From Acidobacteriota bacterium (GTDB lineage Bacteria > Acidobacteriota > UBA6911 > RPQK01 > JAJDTT01): a stretch of 64,000 bases of DNA. The stretch covers positions 3,424,001 to 3,488,000 of the forward strand of contig CBDCJH010000002.1 in assembly GCA_965217775.1 (NCBI GenBank). Reading direction: 5' to 3'. A program made the position numbers and the translations under genes. The notes beneath the pieces are model-generated. The model saw nothing but the letters and a program-made list of their open reading frames with translations, made no database searches and was not told the DNA's origin. Below are positions 58,457 to 64,000 of the stretch, piece by piece. How positions within the stretch are numbered: position 1 is the first letter of the stretch; each line of letters begins with the position of its first letter.

Positions 58457-59797
58457 TTACCAGACAGACTCAGTGGAACGGCTGGCAATGTAGAGAGCTT
58501 CTTTGGTCAGGATATCCGTGACCCCGCCTCCCCAGTACGAGGGCTGCGTGTGCATCTTAGCGATACGGCATCGCCCCCACGGCGTTTCCCACCATTGGAA
58601 GTCCCATGTGCGGCTCCCTTTGTCTGCGCGATAGCTTTGCATCGTGCCATCCGGGGCTGCGCCTTTCTCACGAAGAAACTTTTGTACTCGATCGTAACAG
58701 CGTCCTCCGCCCATTTTGGAGGGGGGAGCTATGATTAATGCCGGGCGGCAGATTTCAATTGCTCGCCAGCAGTGTGTTTCCAAGTCCCAGAACTTGGTTC
58801 GTCGGACCGCTTCCGAGCGAGCGTGCTCCGTCGTAAGGTTAATCAAGCCCCAACAGGCAAAACGATCCTTTGAGCGGACACCCGGCAGGGAGACTTCGCT
58901 TAATCTGGCCCGCATGCCCTGCCACATTCCTCTCTTTTTCCGTTCGGAAAGAGGGTAATGGTGCTCGACATAGGATGGGAACTCTGCAAAGTGTCTTGAT
59001 GTTTTCCCAAGCCCTGGTGTCCAGTCGCAATGCTCTTCGGAGGGATCACCCTCCTCGCCTCCAGGACCGGGCAGTATCATCAGCCCCCACGCCGGAACAG
59101 CATAGGCGCAGTGAGGAAAAGACAGCTCTTCTTTGAGCCTTCTGTGGAGTCGGCTCTGGTCTCCATCTGACAACGAGGAGACGTGTTCACGAGTCTTGTC
59201 AAGGCGCTTACCAGGGTGCAGGTCAAAACATTCACTAGGGAGCAGGCTGTTCACTGTGCGTGCCTTTTTGATTCCCAGGGTTGATCCACTTGACCTCCAC
59301 CCGCAAGAATCAAGCTGCGGCGCAGTGACCGGAACGGCAGAGCCATCCACATTCTCCCGAGAATTCAGCAACGTGGTAGCGTTGTCCGAGGGTAGACGAT
59401 CCAGCCAATACGCACCCGCGTGATCGTAAAAGATCTGGTTCACTCCCGCCACAAACACTTCGGACTCGACTTCCGCCAGCCCAAGACACTTCAACTGCCA
59501 GTCATTCCCGGATTTGACAGTTCCCTTCCCCACAAGAAAGTGAAGATCTCCAACAATGTCCGCATCCTCCAGGAGATGCCAATTCGAAGCATCCAGAGGC
59601 TCTCCAAGCAGCTTGCACAGATTGAGGAAGGACCTCATCCGCATTGAGCGGGGATTCCTGCTGCGTTGAGAGCGAAAGAAACCCTTGGCGATTTCTCTCT
59701 CATCCTCGGTGAACTGAGTCTTCACCGGATTCCGAGATACGGGTTTCACATTCTGAGCACCGTAAGCCAATTCTCTCATCTTCGACAGTCCCAGCAT
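58457..59797 (-). CDS. Hypothetical low-GC protein, possibly with a UDG-like C-terminal domain
   Basis: 446-aa ORF with atypical codon usage; LINL, RPALII, QPSYW segments. Confidence 0.55.
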   Translation of the reverse strand: MLGLSKMRELAYGAQNVKPVSRNPVKTQFTEDEREIAKGFFRSQRSRNPRSMRMRSFLNLCKLLGEPLDASNWHLLEDADIVGDLHFLVGKGTVKSGNDWQLKCLGLAEVESEVFVAGVNQIFYDHAGAYWLDRLPSDNATTLLNSRENVDGSAVPVTAPQLDSCGWRSSGSTLGIKKARTVNSLLPSECFDLHPGKRLDKTREHVSSLSDGDQSRLHRRLKEELSFPHCAYAVPAWGLMILPGPGGEEGDPSEEHCDWTPGLGKTSRHFAEFPSYVEHHYPLSERKKRGMWQGMRARLSEVSLPGVRSKDRFACWGLINLTTEHARSEAVRRTKFWDLETHCWRAIEICRPALIIAPPSKMGGGRCYDRVQKFLREKGAAPDGTMQSYRADKGSRTWDFQWWETPWGRCRIAKMHTQPSYWGGGVTDILTKEALYIASRSTESVW

Positions 59798-60043
59798 CTG
59801 TTCTCTCCTTACTGTTTAGGAGACTATTATCCTGGCTACCACCTGGACAATAGCGAGGATACCGGCAACGGCGCCCACGATGCACCCACCGAGAAGCCAA
59901 AGATGATTTCGCTAACAGTATAGGGACCCACGCCAATCAGCCATTGGGTCCAGGCTGTTAGCGGAATTCAAACATGCTCCACCCCCTCCTGAGCGTCTCC
60001 CTGACCATCTTTCTCAAGGTTCGGGGGACGGGCAGTATGTCGC

Positions 60044-60467
60044 TCAAAGTCGTTCGATTCTTAGATTCTTGAATCGATCGAAATCCCGATCCTCGGTGAT
60101 CAGCCGAGAGATGCCCCCCTCGCGGCAAAGAGCTACGATCTGAGCATCGAATACAAGATTGCCAATCGCGTTTGACTCACGAAGCCCCTCCGAGAGGAGA
60201 ACGGGATACGCGGAACCGCGGCAAAGCACGACTAAGCTCGGTGAGGCTAGCACCCTTGCCAAGGCTTCACATGCATCTTCGGCCGCGTAGGGAGGTTCGA
60301 ATACTCTGGGGTGAGTGATGATACGGACAAATTCCCCGATACCGAAAACGGGGGTTCCCAGCGGGCAGGAGCCTCACCGAGGGCAACGGCGCGAGCGTGT
60401 GCAATGCGGTGTTAGGCCAGCCGTCGCGGTGCGCGTGGACGAGAACGTTGGTATCGATCACGATCAA
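60044..60467 (-). pseudogene. vapC: VapC PIN toxin, frameshifted
   Basis: IDTNVLV start; EF.RIITHPRVF, GNLVFDAQIVA, TEDRDF; two 1-nt frameshifts. Confidence 0.8.
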
Positions 60468-60706
60468 CTCGGTCCATCCATCCGCTTGTAGAGGGAGACC
60501 CGATCATCCAAATCTATTCCCGGCACGGGCCGTCCTCCCTTGGTCAACAGGCGGGCACGGAAGGTGCGATCCGGAAGACGTGCGGGTTGGAGGCAATTGC
60601 GTAGTGCGCACTCAATCAGGTGGGTGAGCGTTACACCCTCTCTGGCGGCTCGTTGTTTTGCCGTGCGTATCAGCCGACCATCGAAGTTGATTGTCATCTT
60701 CTTCAT
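60464..60706 (-). CDS. vapB: VapB-type antitoxin
   Basis: K.TINFD..L...AK..AA..G.TL..LIE.ALR...PGIDLDD; overlaps the vapC start. Confidence 0.78.
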   Translation of the reverse strand: MKKMTINFDGRLIRTAKQRAAREGVTLTHLIECALRNCLQPARLPDRTFRARLLTKGGRPVPGIDLDDRVSLYKRMDGPS

Positions 60707-60877
60707 ACAGATATCTTAATCATTGGCATCAGGTTGCCGTCAATGATGGACTCGCTCCGCCGTGATGATCCGATAGGGGGAGGTGGTTTCACCGCATCCG
60801 TAGCTCCGCCGCCCTGCGGGACGGCGCACGAAGTCCGTCATTTTCAATGACCATTGACAGTTGACGATGCCTGCATC

Positions 60878-62052
60878 CTACCCCGGCGGCGGGCTCCAAA
60901 TCGTCGCTCCGATGTAGCGCTCGCGGCCGAGGCCTCGTCGGTGAAGTAGTAGACCGCGACCACCTTTCCGTCCGGTCTCTGGACGGCCCGGACGTAGCCG
61001 ATGTCGCGGCTGGCACCGTCGTCTCGGAGCGTGATGTGGTCGCCCCAAGTCCGGCCGCCGTCGCTGGTGAGCACCGCGCGAATGCTGTAGGGCTCGGCCC
61101 GGTAGCCGTAGAGCAGGCAGATACGTCCGTCCCGCAACTGGATCATGGCTGGCGGGTTTCCGATACCCGCGTCGGGAACTGCGTCATTGAGGTATTCCCA
61201 CGACAAGCCGTTGTCGGTGGACAAGTACGTGGCGATCCACCGTCGAGGCCCTTCGTGATCGCGGACCGTCACCAGGATGTCCGTGTCGCTGAGCCGCAGG
61301 GACGCGGGCATGATGGAAAAACCCTCCCCCTGTTCGGGGGCGATCCAGGAAAGGAACATCCAGGTCTTTCCGCCGTCGGTTGTGCGGACGCAGAGGGGGC
61401 GGCCCTCCAGTCCGTTCGGCTTTGCCGCCGTGATGAACAGGGTGCACGTTTCTTGGCCGTCGACGATGTAGTCGGTCCGCGGGGCGATTCCGGGAGTATC
61501 GAAGTTGGGCAGCCGGAAGGGGCCGTCCCAGGAACGCCCCCGGTCATTGGAGTAGAACACCCGGCCGATTCCGGCGTGAATGCTGTTGGTGCGGACCGTC
61601 AACGCGAAGTCGGGATGGGTGAAGTCGATGCCGCCCTCGCTCTCCCGCAAGGGAGGGATGGTCACGCCCGGCCGCGTGACTCCGTGCAGATACCCCCCCT
61701 CGGTGAGCAGGTACCCGTTGGCTCCCGGATCCTCCAGCGACCAGGTCTCACCGCCGTCCAGGCTCCTGGCCAGCATGGGAATCTCGGGTTTTTCGCGGTC
61801 GATGTGGTGGCTCAGACCCTGATCCTTGTAGTAGCCCATGCCGAATCCGACGAGAATCTCCTCACCCCAACTCCAGATCCCGTGGTTGGCCGGCCACCCG
61901 CCGAACATCCCCTTCTCGAAATAGACCTTGACGTGGCGAGGCTCGTCCGCCGGATCCGCACCCTCACTGCTCGATCCCGAGTCGTCGGGGACTGTGCAGG
62001 CAACGGCCCCGATCGCCAGGACGCCTGCTGCGGCAAAGTTTCTCCAAGTCAT
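60878..62052 (-). CDS. Lipoprotein BNR/Asp-box sialidase-like protein with apparent 3' frameshift
   Basis: Lipobox AVAC; Asp-boxes SLDGGETW, SNDRGRSW, TTDGGKTW, STDNGLSW, SDGGRTW; C-terminus ERYIGATIW* in an alternate frame. Confidence 0.8.
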
Positions 62053-62262
62053 GGGATCCTCCATCTCTGCTTCACAATTCGCCCGAAGGCTATACCGGAA
62101 TACCCGCCGCCGAACATACGGATCGCGGTCCATGTTGACAAGGCGCGGCGGATTCCTGTGTTTGGGGCTGGCCTTAGAACATCCGGGATCAGAGCAGAGA
62201 AAAGGCCCTGATCAACGCTCCATACCCAAGCCCTGCAATCTGCTACATTCAACGGACCCGAC

Positions 62263-64000
62263 ATGAACCACAGCGAGATCACCAGCTTCATCTGGGGTGT
62301 GGCGGACCTGATCCGTGACACCTTCAAGCGCGGAAAGTACCAGGACGTGATCCTCCCGCTCACCGTGCTCCGCCGACTCGATTGCGTGCTGGCCCCTAAG
62401 AAAGCAAAGGTACTGGAGGTCCAGGCCAGGTACGCGGGCAGGATCGAAAACCCCGACGGGCTGCTTCAGGGCGCTTCCGGATTCGCCTTCTACAACACCT
62501 CCCGCTACGACTTCCCGAAGCTGCTCGCCGATGCGCCGCACATCGCTCAGAACCTGCGCAACTACATCGCCGGGTTCAGCCCCAACATGCGCGAGGTGCT
62601 GGAGAAGTTCGACTTCGACAACACCATCTCCAAGCTCGACGAGGGGGGCCTCCTCTTCCTGGTCATGCAGCGCTTCGGCAACCCCAAGAAGGTGAATCTC
62701 CACCCGGACGCCATCGACAACTTCACCATGGGCACGATCTTCGAGGAGCTCATCCGGAAGTTCAACGAGGCGCTGAACGAGAACCCCGGCGAGCACTTCA
62801 CCCCCCGCGACGTGGTCCATCTCATGGTGGACCTGATGCTGGCCGGTGACGGGGAAGAACTGCGCAGGAAGGGCGTTGCGCGGAGCGTCTACGACCCTTG
62901 CTGCGGCTCCGGCGGCATGCTCACCATCGCCAAGGAACACACGGTCCTCGGCGAGCTACGAGAGGGCAAGCGCCTGGGCGACCCCGTGAACCCGGACGCT
63001 GACATCCACCTTTTCGGCCAGGAGGTGAACCCGGAGACCTTCGCCATCTGCAAATCGGACCTCTTCATGAAGTCGAAAGACGGCCGCGACGCGAAGAGGG
63101 TCCTGTTCGGGAGCACGCTCTCGAACGACCGGCACTCCGGAACCGGCTTCGACTACATGATCGCCAATCCGCCCTACGGCAAGGACTGGAAGCGCGACCG
63201 GGACGCGGTTCGGACCGAGCACGACCGGGGCGCCGCCGGCCGTTTCGCACCGGGCCTGCCCCGGATCAGCGACGGCCAGCTCCTGTTCCTGCTGCACATG
63301 CTCGCGCACACGAAGGAGCCGGACCAGGGCGGATCGAGGGTGGCCATCATCATGAACGGCTCACCCCTCTTCACCGGCGATGCCGGCAGCGGCGAGAGCG
63401 AGATCCGGCGCTGGATCCTCGAAAACGACCTGCTCGAGGCGCTCATCGCACTGCCCGAGCAACTCTTCTACAACACCGGGATCGCCACCTACGTCTGGGT
63501 GCTGACGAACCGGAAGCGGCCCGAGCGGCGCGGCAAGGTCCAGCTCATCAACGCCACGTCGTTCTGGGTCCTGCTGCGAAAGAGCCTGGGCGCCAAGCGC
63601 CGCGAGGTCCCGTTCGACCGCAAGGAGGACATCCTGCGGCTACGGGAGGACTTCGAGGACGGTGCGACCCGCAAGGTGGACGATAACGGCGAGGAACGGG
63701 AGGTGGTCGTCAGCCGCATCTACCCCACCACCCACTTCGGCTTCCGCAAGATCACGGTCGAACGGCCGCTCCGGCTCGATTTCCAAGCCAGCCCCGAGCG
63801 GATCGCACGCCTCGACAACCAGCGCGCCTTCATCAACCTGGCCCGATCGCGCAAGCGGGGTGCGGCCAAGGCCAAGGACGAGGCGGCGGGCCGAGAGAAG
63901 CAAGCCGCGATCCGCGCCATCCTCCGTCGTCTGCCCGGCCGGCTCTTTCTGGATCGGGCAGTCTTCGAATCCGAACTCTCCCGTGCAACGCAAACTGCCG
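62263..64000 (+). CDS. hsdM: Type I restriction-modification methyltransferase subunit M (runs off the window)
   Basis: Not in ORF track; translates as MNHSEITSFIWGVADLIRD..., GEHFTPRDV, YDPCCGSGGML, GQEVN, ANPPYG, FYNTGIATY. Confidence 0.93.
   Translation, partial: MNHSEITSFIWGVADLIRDTFKRGKYQDVILPLTVLRRLDCVLAPKKAKVLEVQARYAGRIENPDGLLQGASGFAFYNTSRYDFPKLLADAPHIAQNLRNYIAGFSPNMREVLEKFDFDNTISKLDEGGLLFLVMQRFGNPKKVNLHPDAIDNFTMGTIFEELIRKFNEALNENPGEHFTPRDVVHLMVDLMLAGDGEELRRKGVARSVYDPCCGSGGMLTIAKEHTVLGELREGKRLGDPVNPDADIHLFGQEVNPETFAICKSDLFMKSKDGRDAKRVLFGSTLSNDRHSGTGFDYMIANPPYGKDWKRDRDAVRTEHDRGAAGRFAPGLPRISDGQLLFLLHMLAHTKEPDQGGSRVAIIMNGSPLFTGDAGSGESEIRRWILENDLLEALIALPEQLFYNTGIATYVWVLTNRKRPERRGKVQLINATSFWVLLRKSLGAKRREVPFDRKEDILRLREDFEDGATRKVDDNGEEREVVVSRIYPTTHFGFRKITVERPLRLDFQASPERIARLDNQRAFINLARSRKRGAAKAKDEAAGREKQAAIRAILRRLPGRLFLDRAVFESELSRATQTA

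Overview
GC-rich (roughly 65%) bacterial chromosomal window. Gene content resembles Acidobacteriota, but this is an inference only. About 1-38 kb and 41-53.7 kb are mostly housekeeping and metabolic genes: pepF, tRNA-Val, proC, bioB, ruvX-mltG, a heterodimeric ABC exporter, bshC/bshB1, comEA, phnA, pilD, TolC, nnr-tsaE, minor pilins, ubiE, aroB, a thiS-thiG fusion and nuoJ-N-greA. About 53.7-64 kb is a partly decaying accessory region: amine oxidase, type III PKS plus methyltransferase, an IS relic, VapBC, a sialidase-like gene and type I R-M hsdM. Three observations stand out. (1) A 1,244-bp element (39516-40759) carries only a catalytically intact TnpB but is bounded by 22-bp terminal inverted repeats and an 8-bp target-site duplication, which are IS1595-type DDE ends rather than IS200/IS605 ends. 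(2) A 158-bp palindromic MITE occurs in three copies. Each has a 4-bp TSD (162 bp = 54 codons), is stop-free in all three sense frames, and sits in sense orientation inside a protein-coding gene. (3) A linked operon looks like a complete isoprenoid-alcohol salvage and prenylation pathway, headed by a PIN toxin-antitoxin pair.
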